This document shows positions 1 through 13,085 of a stretch of DNA of 64,000 nucleotides, piece by piece. The stretch's first letter is position 1, and each line of letters begins with the position of its first letter. This DNA is from Octopus bimaculoides. Taxonomy: Eukaryota. Under the pieces are notes generated by a model. It was not told the DNA's origin. It saw only the letters and a program-made list of their open reading frames with translations, and did not search any database. The translations under genes were made by a program, and so were the position numbers. The stretch is taken from assembly GCF_001194135.2 (NCBI RefSeq), contig NC_068989.1, positions 5,005,104-5,069,103 of the forward strand, given 5' to 3'.

Positions 1-38
1 ACATAGCTAATGTAATATATCCAGCTCAAATATCAAGA

Positions 39-74
<36 letters not shown>

Positions 75-1299
75 TCCTCCTCCTCCTCCTCCATTCCATT
101 AAATCGTTCTCTTATAGATATACAGAACAGTAGGTTTTATTTGAGACATGTATTAAGATATCCTTATCTGTGTACTTAGTGGGTTATTTTTAATTTGACT
201 TTAGGTAACAAGCAATTAATTTTACTTTATCTAGATGTGCTTACGTTTTCACTCTATATCTACTATTTTTACTGCAGCTATCTAATGTACAAAAGTTTTC
301 TTTATTTAACATATTTTTACACTTTACTCCCTTGTTCATGTCTTTACCTTAGCGAATCTACCTTCTACTACAGCGTGAGCCAGCAAGCGGTCGTCTACGT
401 GGTTGTGCGATCAAGCTAGAAATAGCAGCCAAATTTCCCTCAAATTACTCCTATCGTCTTCAGAGCTTATGTTCCAGTGTAGTTCTAGGTATACAAGTAG
501 GCGGAATGGTCATGACTGGAAGGCCTTTATTTCATAAATCTGCTCGTTCAGACAGACAGACAGACAAACAGACAGAAAGATAGACAGACGGACAGAAGAA
601 CAGACGGACAGAAGAACAGACGGACAGAAGAACAGACGGACAGACGAGCAGACAGACAAACAGACAGAGAGAGAGAGAGATTGGTAGATGGATGGACAGA
701 CAGACAGATAGATAGATAGATCACAACTGTCAGCTGAATCAGTAATGTAAAAATGAGAGTGTTTTTTTAAGTATAAGAAAAATAAATGACAAGCTCTTCC
801 ATGTGTTCCATTCTTGAACCATCTTGATCTAACATGATCTTTTCTATTATAGGCACAAGGCTTGAAATTCTGTTATTAATAGTTTTTGTTTATTTTATTT
901 TATTTATTTATTTGATTTATTTGACGTTAAACCTATGAAGGTTTGGCAGCAATCCTTCAGTATTAGTACACAATGTCATTCACCCATACAACCTTCCCTC
1001 ATGATATAGATAGACAGGCTAAGCTGAAAAAGAGGGTGACATCGTCTCCTCATACCGACACTCTGGAGACCAATACCAATGGATCGTCAGTTTTAGCTTC
1101 ATCAGCTATATGGTTTTTGTCGCACACGCATATACATTCACACGTATGAATACATATGTACATACATACATGCATTTTCTCTCTCTCCCCACTATATCTC
1201 TCTTTCTTTCTTTCTCTCTCAATCTGAATCTCTGCCTTCGCCTAGGCAGCATCTGTAAAACAACAGCAGCAAAAATAAATACATTAATGCAGTCCTGAA

Positions 1300-1720
1300 A
1301 AGTGAAGTGAGCAACATTGTACGAGTTGGCAGTGAACTCCTCAAGAAACACTCTCTTCCTGATGGTCTCCTATACAGCCTCAAAACAGCTGGGTTCTCTT
1401 ACCTCAAAGAAGACCTGGATGGAAAGCACTCAACATACAAAAAAAACAAACATCATGCATGAGTATGTTGCCCGGAAGCTTGAAGAAGACAGTAGAATTG
1501 ACATGAAGCACAGCCACTCTTAGACACAAGACCACTATATCACATCACACTTTGAAGGCTATGTGTTTGCAATCCAGGAACAGGAGATTGCCACAAAGTA
1601 CTTTGTGAACAAGAGAGACAGTGACACTCTTTTAATCCCAAGGTACAACAGCATGTGTAGGCTGTCATGTTCTGTGGAAGACATCACGCATGTGATTAGC
1701 AGCTGTCCTAAAATGTCATT
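1300..1720 (+). mobile_element. R4/Dong-like non-LTR retrotransposon relic (region before the CCHC knuckle)
   Basis: Frameshifted translation HEYVARKLEEDSRIDMKHSHS / FEGYVFAIQEQEIATKY..MCRLSCSVEDITHVISSCPK matches the R4-clade pattern EG..FAIQ(D/E)Q.I.T..Y...CR.C....H..S.C. Confidence 0.7.
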
Positions 1721-1819
1721 TTAGTGTGTGTGTGCACGCGCGTATATGTGTGTGTGTGGTTGAGTGCATGTGTGTGTGCATATAAATACACACACACACA
1801 CGCATAAACTCATATATTT

Positions 1820-1975
1820 ATGAGGGAGGGTCGGGTAAAAAAATTCATGAGCTGGCCAAGATACTCTCATAGAATGTGACCAAATGAGGTTTATTTTCCA
1901 ACATAACCCTATCGGTATTGCAGAGCTTAGATCCCATCGGTGAAGAAGCTTTCATCAAAAATCTCTTTACTTGAG
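1820..1975 (-). mobile_element. Mariner 3' end with terminal inverted repeat
   Basis: TA(T)GAGGG.. terminus at about 1820. Minus-strand translation DESFFTDGI*ALQYR..YVGK* resembles the mariner C-terminus (GI..L..RW.KC....G.YVEK). Confidence 0.6.
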
Positions 1976-2010
1976 GCAAGTTTAAAATCCTCTTATTATA
2001 ATGTCCTTCA

Positions 2011-2420
2011 CTAGGTCAGTGCCAGGACAGTGTTTTTAATGTACGACAGCCTTTCGTTTGGTTTGTGATAGGGCTTGTATGAACAGATACCCAGGCCTAG
2101 AGCAATGTCTAAAAATTTAACAATGGTAACGTAGGTCTCAGTTGTAATGTTAAGGTCATGGGGTCTAAGAGTACAAATTAGTTCCTTCCTAACTCTACCT
2201 CCAGTATACTCGTTGGCAGCTCTAGACATGACCAAAATGTCATCTTTGTACAGACCAAAAGGGACTGACGCGAGCTTCTTCGTTAAGGTATCTCGTATAT
2301 AAAATCTTATGAGGTCACAGACATCCATGCTGTCGAATGCTTCCATCGCCACATTGAAGGATCATACTGGGTAAGATTGTTTGACCAAGATGGAACGTAC
2401 AACAGCGTTTTCCTAGTGTG
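2011..2420 (-). mobile_element. Penelope-like element RT fragment (YRDD-type)
   Basis: RKTLL..FNVAMEAFDSMDVCDLI..GLYKDDIL..LNITTET..VKFLDIAL..YKPYHKPN matches the PLE RT pattern FDVTMGS.DGAE.CEL..GLYRDDGL..FLD.TL..YKPY.KPN. Confidence 0.8.
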
Positions 2421-5029
2421 CATAATTACCTAATGAGTTACCTATACCACTTAGAACTTTATAGGAGTAAAACCAATGATTGATTCAAATATTTCCAACT
2501 GAGTGTTTACATAGCTTGCGACTCTATGAAGAGTCAATACAAAAAGAAAACAAAACAAAACAAACAGATATCGATCAGCGACAAGCTGAAAGGATGATCG
2601 TGCTTTTGAGCGGCTCCAAATAATGATCTTTTAGTTAAATTAATGACTTCATTACAAAGGATTTGACAAAGCAGCGAGGAACATCTGGTTAATGAGGCCA
2701 ACGGAACGAAGCGGCTATGCACACACACACACACACACACACACCATATGCATATCAAAGTTGAATTGTCACACATATGAGTGAGGTGTGCTCAACAGAT
2801 ATTGTAGTGCAGGAGTCAACGAACTTCTTATATAATTGACGTTTTCATGGAATCGTTGATAACTCATCTACCTCAATCATACAGATTTCTGAAATAAAAC
2901 GAAAAAGTACAATATTAATAAACAATTTTCTTGATTTAAAACTAATAATTTCTTCAATCTTTTGTGTTAGCATTATTGGTCACACATACATAGTATATGT
3001 GACATGTTTAAACACCCATCTGCTGCAAGATAGCTTTCCCTGGATACTGTGTATGCGTGACAGATGTTTACAATACTAGAACTGTTTTAATTCATATTTT
3101 TTTTGTGTATGTTGTTACCACTTTTTAATGAGAAATATTTGAAAGAAATTTAATGAAAATACATAACGTAATTAATAAAAACAAAACAATAGTAATAAAG
3201 TTGGAGTACTTAATGTGAAAAATGTATTTGGTAGCAATAACTTATTACATCAATATTTGGTTCGAGATTAGTAAGATTTAACCTTAAAACACTGCACTCT
3301 TCCAGGATCAGTTTAGTTCCTCTAAAGCTCAAAATTTCAGGTGTTTATTGAGCCCTTGGATAGCTGCATAAACCCTTGCCCCCAGGAGTCAATATTGATC
3401 ACTTTTCCGACCTCTGTAGTAGAGTATATTGTTTATTGAAAGTGAAAGTTTATTTTTTGATTTGAGTTTCATATCACTGCGAACTCCAAGTGAGAATTGT
3501 TATTCGTTTTGGTGATATATTTATATTCGATGGCGTGGGTGAGGTCTCACGCTTGTATTTGTTCATTGGTTTGCATTTTCTGTTTGTTTATTGACTTTTA
3601 TTGGTAAATTTCTATATTAATACCCGCACGATTTCCACTAAGAAAATTTTAAAAACTCAGATTTTTTTTTTTTGCATGAAATCAAGTACCATGACCTCCT
3701 AACATGCTGCAAATCCCTTATTTTGGTTCGGAAAATGGGGTGGGGCCAGTACCCCCCCCCCTCCCAGAATCATTGGATTTTTTTATTTTTGCTGAAGGTA
3801 TTCCTGTGACCTCCTAATATGCTACAAAACCCTTTTTGGGGTCCGAAAAATGGGGTAGGGGTGAGGTGGAAGCCTCGGAAATTTCACCCCCACCCCCATT
3901 GAACTTTTCCGAGGCTTCCACCTCACTATTTATGAGAACTAACACGCTACACAGTTCAATGAATAGAGGAGTAGTGATCGATGACAGCTAGTTTTGAAGG
4001 ATAGAGATAATAGATACAGGCTTCAGGGTATGTGGTCTAGGTCTTTAGAGTGTTGTACTCAAACCTCGATCACAAGACCACAGTTTCAATTCCTGGACCG
4101 CGCAGTGCACTGTATTCTTGAGTCAAACAATTTTATGTTGTTCTGTGATTATTTCAGCATCTGACATACAGCACATCGTGTAACTGTACAAGGGATATCA
4201 ATTTGATGGAGGGGAGGGAGTTAATGTACACTACAAGCAAATCTGTGCAAGTTGTTCAACAACAAAAAATTGCAGAACTCACTTCTGTTGTCTATGACAG
4301 GAAATTCCACAAATATAAGCTCAGCACACATCTCAGTTTGACCAGGATGTTTTGATCTGGAGGGTCTGTCCCATCTGGTTAGCAAATTTTTGTCGTCTGC
4401 TCTGGAATATCTCCCAATGCCTCTGCTATGAATCAAAGACTTAACTTCTTAGACACAATCAGTGGGAGGAGCTTATAGTGTTGTAGCAAGAGAATTTGAT
4501 ACAAATAAAAGACAGAGTAAAGAGACACAAGGGATAAAATATTTGTTTGATATTTGATAAACTTGATTGTGTTACTGGACTTCTTGACTAGACTAAACAG
4601 TCAGACAGTTGGCTGCTTGGGTAGCTAAAGTGGTATTTAAATTTGGGTATCAGTAAACAGAGAATTATAAATTAACTGGGATAGTTATGTCTTGAGTAAC
4701 TTCAAAGAAGTAGAAATATTTAAAGAGAGTGAGAGAAAGAAAGAAAGAAAGAAAAAGGACAATACTGTCAGTCTCATTCTCATCTCTCTTTCTTTATCTT
4801 TCTCTCTTTCTCTTTCCGGGTATCTTATCAGGTTTCCTCGTCAGACTATTTCAAACACATTCTCAGAATTTTTTAATTTACTTTGAAAATAATTTAAATA
4901 CATCTAAAAACATGAGTGGAATGCAGTGATGACTCTACTAGATGCATATTATTTTATGATGTATTTCAGTTATTTTTTTATTAACTGTTAAAACAAAACT
5001 TATTATTATTATTATTATTATTATTCACG

Positions 5030-5165
5030 CTGGACAAAATGTTTAACAGTATTTTACCTGATGCTATGTTCTGAGTTCAAATTCCACTGAAGTTGACTTT
5101 GCCTTTCATCCTTTCAGGGGTCGATAAATTAAGTACCAGTGAAACACTGCGATTGATGTAAAGGA
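5030..5165 (+). mobile_element. SINE family B, partial
   Basis: Contains gagttcaaattcc..gcctttcatcctttcaggggtcgataaattaagtaccag. Confidence 0.8.
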
Positions 5166-5719
5166 CTAGATTTCAGACCTTGTGCCTTTAGTAGAAAGTC
5201 CCACCACCTTTCTTTGCCTGGGAAGGGTAGGCTGTTTTTCTTTGCCTGACAGCCTTAGCAAAAGAGGTTGTGTGATGGACCAGGCTGAAAGAATTGAAAG
5301 CTAAGCCCTCATCAACTTTTCCAAGTTTCACTTGAAAAGGAAAGTGAGAGTAGAAAGGGAAATTTCTGCCTCTCAGCAATTTTGTTAATAAATGGGTGAA
5401 TGTTGCAGGAATAGCTCAAATGAAGGGGTCTACTCTAAGCATGCACCTGTAGACAAAGTGGAAAGGGTGCTTACTCCAGTGGTTAGGATTGTTGTGGATT
5501 TGTAGGGTTTCCTCATGCAGTCCTAGGAGATCTCCCTCTTTTGGAGAATATCGTTGTTGTAATCAATTGTTTTTCATTCTTTACATGACCTTCATGTAAC
5601 TCCATATTCTATTTGTCCTGTTCTGTCCACAATGTTTTTTAAATGTAAGCCCTTTGTGGTTAGTAAAGAAATAATAATAATAATAATCATCATCATTATT
5701 ATTGTTATTATTTTCATTA

Positions 5720-6500
5720 TGATACATGTGTGTGAACTGCCATGCTTCACGACAGTGAAACATGGGCTGTGACTGCAGAGGACATGTGAAGGCTCGAAAG
5801 AAATGAAGTTAGCATGATCCGCTGGATGTGTAATGTCAGTGTGCACACATGACAGAGTGTAAGTGCCCTGAGAGAAATGTTGGACATAAGAAGCATGAGA
5901 TGTGGCGTGCAAGAGAGACGCTTGCGCTGGTATGGCCATGTACTATGGGATAGATGTGGAGAGATGCGTGAAGTGCCACTCCCAAACATTTGAAGGAATC
6001 CGGAGTAAAGGTAGACCCAGGAAGACATGGGATGAGGTGGTGAAGCATGACTTTCGAATGTTGGGCCTCACCGAGGCAATGACGAAAGACCGAAACCTCT
6101 GGAGATATGCTTTGACTGCAAAGACCCGGCAAATAAAGTGAGTTCATGGCTGTATCCTACACCAGTTTCGCATAACCATCTCCAGCCCATTCAAAAGTAC
6201 CTTGGATCGTAGGGCGACCTGCTGTGCTTGAGGAGACCTATTGAGTCAAGTACATCAACATCAAAATGAAAATCAAATGGAAATTGTAGTTGTGATACCC
6301 ATGCCGGTGGCACGTAAAAAGCACCATTCAAACGTGGTCGGTGACAGTGCTGCCTTGACTGGCTTCTATGTTGGTGGCATGTAAAAAGCACCAACCAATC
6401 ATGGCCGTTGCCAGCCTCCTCTGGCTCCTATGCCAGTGGCACGTAAAAAGCACCCACTACACTCACGGAGTGGTTGGCATTGGGAAGGGCATCCAGCTGC
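5720..6500 (+). mobile_element. 5'-truncated RTE LINE: ORF C-terminus plus 3' UTR
   Basis: Translation includes MLHDSETW..RLERNEVSMIRWMC..RRLRWYGHV and GRPRKTWDEVVKHD..DRNLWR. It is followed by the GTGGCACGTAAAAAGCACC-repeat 3' UTR that is shared with many short copies. Confidence 0.88.
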
Positions 6501-6599
6501 AACAAGTGTGTGAATCTGAGAGGGGAATATATTGAATAAAATCATAATTAACTGCTCCTCCTGTATTTTCTTTTACCCCAAACCATGAATTTTTCAGCA

Positions 6600-7640
6600 C
6601 CCTCACATAACGGAAAGCAAACTATTCATTATAAATAATTGTCTTCATAAGCAACTACTCAATAAAAAACTCCAAATTATAAGAAGACATAAATGTACAT
6701 CAAAATAATGACGAGATGAAATTTACAGGAAACAAACTAAATCTACATACTTTGCATGAGACTTAAATCAATGGACTTTGGCTTGTATAGAGATGATGGG
6801 TTATCTATAACCAAATATGCTAGCAGACACACTTTTGAGTATATTAAGATTAAATATTATCTACATGTTGGGTACAAAATTAACAATCGTTACATATTTA
6901 AGAACAGTTAATCATCTGGGTGTTATCCTAAATTTAACCATAAATTTACATTGGTTGTTTTGTAAAACAAATGAAAAACTTATGTCAACATAGGCTCCTG
7001 ACCCATTTATAGGACGTTAGAACATTATTTATAGCATCAGCAGAAAGATAAAAAGTTGTCCTCAAATTTAAAAATTCCATAGTAACCCATTACTATTGGT
7101 AAGGCCTAAGAATCCAGAGGATTCAATGAAAAAAATTGCCATATCCCTAACTGTCGCCAGTAAAAGAAATAGGAAACGATTCAATGATTTACATTTCACT
7201 TTTCATTAAATATTAATTCTAATGTTTGCTAAGATCTCTCTACCTCTAACTGAACATTTTCCAACTAATCATAAATATAGAAAATTATATAACTGAATCA
7301 ATCTTATGTTACAGTTGCACCATTAACATGAAGAACATTATATCATATACACCTCCGAAACAAACTGAGGTACATGTAAAATACCAGAGCATACCACTTA
7401 ATATGCCTTAAAACAGAGAACCTTAATATATGAATCGGATATTACCATCCCCAAACAAAACAAAATCAAACCTCAATGTAGTATATAATATTACATAGGC
7501 ATGACTGAAGAAAAGTTTAAGGAAATGTTTTACTATTATATTTTCCTCATTTAGATACATCAAAAAGGAAATGTAATGGAAAATATTAGATTGAAATTTT
7601 TGCAAAATGTTGTTATTTCGACTGGAATTTATTATATAAC
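6600..7640 (+). mobile_element. Heavily degraded Penelope-like element (RT to GIY-YIG)
   Basis: GLYRDDGL at 6780-6803, VNHLGVILNL, YVNIGS, FPTNHKYRKLYN and YYIGMTEEKFKE (about 7490-7525) occur in the expected order, with many stops and frameshifts. Confidence 0.75.
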
Positions 7641-9059
7641 TTGAATACACCAGACTAAGTGATCCACTGTCACCTTTTACCTGTCTACATTGTAGTGCAT
7701 AAGAGAGTAGTAGTAGTAGTACTTATACAACAGAATGCAGTAGATGAATACACAAGCATCATAATTGCTCCTCTTGAGGTCTAAAAGCCAGCTGAGACAG
7801 TTCAAAAGTTAAGGTGGTTGTAGCAGTTTGGCTTCAAAGCCTATTCAAATTTTGTCTCAATGTTTCAAATTCTACCTCAAAGAATACTTGAAATATTTCG
7901 GTATAAGCTTTTCGTTTGTGGTTCTTGTTGAAACCTTTCATTGTATTGGATATAAAAGAAGTATGTCTACCACATTGTCTATGTACTACTAACCTCTTCA
8001 CCCTTGAAAAGGATCTTTTGATCAAAACTTCATTACCCAACCCAACCAAACCAAACCAAACCAAAGCATTGTCCATTCAAATACACAAACATGCATACAA
8101 AAATAAATATATACATGCAAACAAAAATACATACATGCAAGCATACATATATACATACATGTACACATATATACACACATGTATATGTATGTGTATATAT
8201 ATATATGTATGCATACACACACACACACACTGTCCACCTAGATTTCTGGTTTATATTCAGAAGATAGTTTATAATCTGTTTTTTTTGTATGTCAAACAAA
8301 TTTTTCAAAATATCTAACATACATCTAATATAATGACATACTATTTGTGTCAGTATATTTATTTTCTGCCTGTAAGTTTTTAACGTACAAAAATACCAGA
8401 GTGGTAGTGAAAGGGAGAGACAGGTCAGGCGTGGTGAGGGAAAGTAAGAGATTTAGGACACAAGACAACAAATGGTGAATGATGACTAGAGAAAGTGTGA
8501 GAGATAAATGAAACTAATGTGAGAGAATGAGATATATAGGGTCAAAAGTTAGGAGAGTAAAAGTAAGAACTAGATTTAAATAAGGAAAAAGAAGACTAGG
8601 AATGTGTGGTAAAATTTTTGACATCACAGTGTCTTTAGGTATTTCATTCTCTTTTTTAAAGTGTGCTAAATAGAATAATAGCATGATCAACTGTAAATCT
8701 CTACAGTCCAGTACCCCAATGGATACTCCTTTAAAATCAGTTTATAAAGCCAAATGACACTTTTTGAAGGGTGAGTGTTTGAAAGGCACTCATTTTAAAA
8801 GCAATTTAATGAGAAGTACTTTACAAAACAGGCTACCATTTCCAAGGCACAGATTCAATTGTGTGTGTGTGTGTGTGTGTGTATCTTAGATCCTACCATT
8901 CCCCAAAGAACATTGGGGAACAAAAGATGTCCAACGAACACAGTTTCAAGTCCTGTTATGAGCCTACTCTCAGAACAGGCTCATATCTGCCAAATCCTCT
9001 TCTATAGTTCTCAACCAAGTCTTGACAAATCTGCCTCACCTCCTTCACCTCTACCTCTG

Positions 9060-9400
9060 ACTACCACTCAAGAGAAATTTTCTCCAGTCTCTTTCTAGGC
9101 ATGCATAGTACATGACCAAGCATTTTCTGCCATCACATGGCAATGGTATCATGTAGGCTATTCAGCCTTGGTCTTTCTATGATTTCTTCATTCATAATGT
9201 AATTGAGCCAAGAAATTTGTAGTATGGTTCCAGAGCAACATCTGTGAAAGACATCTGCAGTTCTATAGATTCTGCTGGTCTTTTCCCATGTCTTGCAGTT
9301 ATAAGTCATTATCAGGATAATGATGGATGTATACAGGCAAAGTTTGCTGCCCTGGTCGATATAAATGCATTGTATTATTTTGGGCCCTTTGTACCTAAGA
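9060..9400 (-). mobile_element. Old RTE-like LINE fragment
   Basis: Minus-strand translation KLCLYTSIIILIMTYNCKTW..DVFHRCC..ILQISWLNYIMNEEII..MLGHVLCMP matches the post-RT region of RTE-type elements. Confidence 0.65.
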
Positions 9401-10731
9401 GCTCCACCATTTTGTGTTCATGTTTGTTACACATCATGACTTGTATATGAACAGTCCCAACTTTCCAGTTGCCATAACCTTCCTGACAATTATGCATTTT
9501 AATAATGTGTTAGGAAATGCAAACACCCACCAGAGAGAAAAACGTTATGCATTGTCATTCAAGGAAGAATAATTTTCTAATCATGAATTTAAAGATTGCC
9601 AAGGTAAAAATATGATAAAGAAGCTCGTTATTTTAAATGCTGCACCGTTACTCTGCAAAATGCAAATAATCCGTGTTAATGAAACACAAAATTTCTATTA
9701 AACGAAACTGCTTTTATGTGGTTAAGTCTAGTGTTGATATTTTCCGATTCATAAAGGAAGAGGTTAACGGAGAGTGAACAAACAGTGAACTGCTTATTAT
9801 TAGCTATATTTTGTTGATCATAAAATTCCGTTTGCAAACATTGATAGTCTCCTGACGAAAAATTAACAACATAAAGAACCAAACCTTCATACGTTATTCA
9901 AGATGGAAGAGCCTTTCATGAAAATAGATGCAACAGATATCTGTGAGACACAAAAGATTTCTATTATAATATAGTTATATTTATGAGTTACTTTGATTTC
10001 AATAAACATAATGTTGTAGATGCTTTATTAGACAGTGTATTCTTCAAAAATGGATGGCCCTGGGTCTTTACAATACTGGCAAATGTGAACGAAATATTTC
10101 TCTAGAAAATATTATTGTTTTTCGATGATGGGTACAAAATATGGGTTTCAGAAATTATCGAATGATTAAATACCTTCTGCTTTTATTAAAGGAAGCCTCT
10201 GTTGTTCTTTTCCTCTTCACTCTGGCCATACTGTTTGTGTATTGCTTTCATATTTGGTGGCTTTTTAAAAACATTTAACATCTTACTTTTTTTCACAATA
10301 GCAAAAGACAATAGAAGTTTACACTTATTTAAGAAGTTGTGATGACGACTTACCACAAAATACCTAAACTTTCACAAACTAGGTACCATATTTAATAGCA
10401 TATACGACACACTATATTTCCAAAGATATGTCTCCAAAATATCACCTTGAGTCCTATATGCAAAGTGGGACCTTTCATAAAGAACATTTTTTGTCCTGAA
10501 TATCTGCTTCTGAAAATGTCATGAGTCTACTTAACACACCTGTATTTTATGCCATCAAATTTGATTTTATTTATATTTCCAAAGTTAACTGAAATTTGAC
10601 AAGGTTTATGGTGCCAGAGAGCTTATACGGTATCAAGCAATCACAGAATCAAACATACACTACTTTTCTTTCATTATGTGCTCAAGAAGAGAAACCTACT
10701 GAATGCTGAATTCCAACCTGGGTATTTCAGG

Positions 10732-10970
10732 CAGTAGTGTAGCTGGGGAAGGGGCCGGTCACATCCAGAGTAATGCTTTTTATGGGTACAGCACATTTGG
10801 GTCTGTTTTATAAGCCTGTAGCTGGGGAAGGGGCCAGTCCATCCAGAGTAACGCTTTTTATGGGTACGGCACATTTGGGTCTGCTTTATAAGCCTGTATA
10901 TAAATGGTGGAGGCAAAAGAGAAAAGCTCAAGGACCACCCCGGGTAGCATACAATCTGGCTACATCACTG
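10732..10970. mobile_element. hAT-like MITE with an internal 79-bp tandem duplication
   Basis: TIRs CAGTAGTGTAGC / GCTACATCACTG. Flanks ATTTCAGG and ATTTCAAA form a degraded 8-bp TSD. Repeat units start at 10739 and 10818. Confidence 0.6.
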
Positions 10971-11089
10971 ATTTCAAATTACATTATCAGTATTTCATGA
11001 TATTATAAGAATACAAAAATCTTTTGAGTTTCTGTATTTATGATAAATTATTGCAGAACATTACATTATCAGAAATTGACTCAGAGATG

Positions 11090-11282
11090 GGGACTTAGAA
11101 TTCCAAATAGTTTCCTCAGTTGGCACTCATGCAAATACTGGCTAATCGAGTGCATAAAACGGACAGTCTTCTATAAAGGAAACCATTCCATACAAAATGA
11201 AATTCAAAGGATAATTTATTAATTGTTTATGTTATGATTTTATTTACTCCATGTACCCAGACCTTGTGGACACCCTGTATAT
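11090..11282 (-). mobile_element. Tc1/mariner-type terminus
   Basis: Minus strand begins TA-CAGGGTGTCCACAAGGTCTGGGTACATGG. The inner boundary is uncertain. Confidence 0.45.
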
Positions 11283-11485
11283 GCCATTAATGTTATCCAA
11301 AGGAAAGGTAAAGGCTGATACAGCTTGGCACCAGTGATGTTGCAACTCATTTCTACAGTGAACCGGATCTACGTGAAATAAAGTGTCTTGCTCAAGAACA
11401 CAATGCACAGCCCAGTTTGGAAATTGAACTCACTACCTCATGATTGTGAGCCTGACACACAAACCACTGAGTTATGTGCCTTCAC

Positions 11486-11526
<41 letters not shown>

Positions 11527-11530
<4 letters not shown>

Positions 11531-11722
11531 TGCCAGTGCCACATAAAAGCACCCAGTATACTCTGTAAAGTGGTTGGCGTTAGGAAGGGCATCCAGCTGT
11601 AGAAACCCTGCCAAATCAGACAGGGGCCTGGTGCAGTTCCTCGGCTTGCCAGCTCTGGTCAGACTGTCCAACTCATACCATTTAACCCATAGACGTTAAA
11701 TGATAATGATGATGATAATGAT
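11527..11722 (+). mobile_element. Short 3' copy of the RTE element
   Basis: Contains aaagcaccc..ggttggcgttaggaagggcatccagctgtagaaac..gacgttaaatgat with a (GAT)n tail. Confidence 0.8.
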
Positions 11723-12635
11723 GATATACGATGGGCTTCCCCACAGTTTCCGTTTTCCAAATTCACAAATTCACTCATAAGGCATTGGGTTGTATGGGGC
11801 TCTTATAGAAGTCACTTATAGCTAAGTGAGATTGAACCCAAAGCCACGTGGCTGCAAAGCGAGCTTCTTAACCACACAGCCATTCCTGCGTCTATTTGTT
11901 GATTTGTCTTCTGAAGAAAAGAAATATGCATATTTTGCCAAAATGAAATTAAAATTCCGAATGACATCATGGTCGTAATATTTCCTTAAAAATATCTTCC
12001 AACCCACCCTCGACCAACACTCCACATGAATTTGGCAGTTATCGTGTGTCAATCATTTTTCAATGTCAACCATTTCCGTGCTTACACCTCCGATGTCTTT
12101 TCCAGTCGCAATGGGGAAACAATTACACTTGTTTTATATATATATATTTTTATTGCCCTTTGACAGCAGTTTTCGTCACCCCTCCTCTCCCCCACACACA
12201 CAAATACTCTTACTTTCAAAATATATTAAAATATTTAAACACTATTTCATTTTGATTCTCGTTTTTTTTCCCCCAATAAACTTTAAACAAACGCACTTGC
12301 AAGCTTGTGTATTTGTATACATATCCACCCATCCATAAATACATTCATACATACATAGATTACATGCGTATAAACATACGTTACACACATATATACAGAC
12401 ATTACGTACATACAGATTTGGTACAATGGTAAAACGTCCGTCATGTTTACATTTGTGGGTTTCAATCCTTTGACCAGGCTTCGACCTTTTCTAGTCAAAG
12501 TTTTCTTTTTTAACCCAATATTTACTCGGTGTTATTTACAGCTTTATTTACTTCGAGTTCCCGAAAAGAATTATTCCGTGTTCTCTTGAAGTTCATAAAT
12601 TCTTTTGACGCTAACAATATACATATATACATGTA

Positions 12636-12721
<86 letters not shown>

Positions 12722-12829
12722 TACACACACACACACGTATATACACGTGTATATATAATCATGCGTAGCAAATATACATTTATACATACATACATACATA
12801 CATACATACATACACACACACACATATAC

Positions 12830-12861
<32 letters not shown>

Positions 12862-13026
12862 NNNNNNNNNNNNNNNNNNNNNNNNNNNNNNNNNNNNNNN
12901 NNNNNNNNNNNNNNNNNNNNNNNNNNNNNNNNNNNNNNNNNNNNNNNNNNNNNNNNNNNNNNNNNNNNNNNNNNNNNNNNNNNNNNNNNNNNNNNNNNNN
13001 NNNNNNNNNNNNNNNNNNNNNNNNNN

Positions 13027-13085
<59 letters not shown>

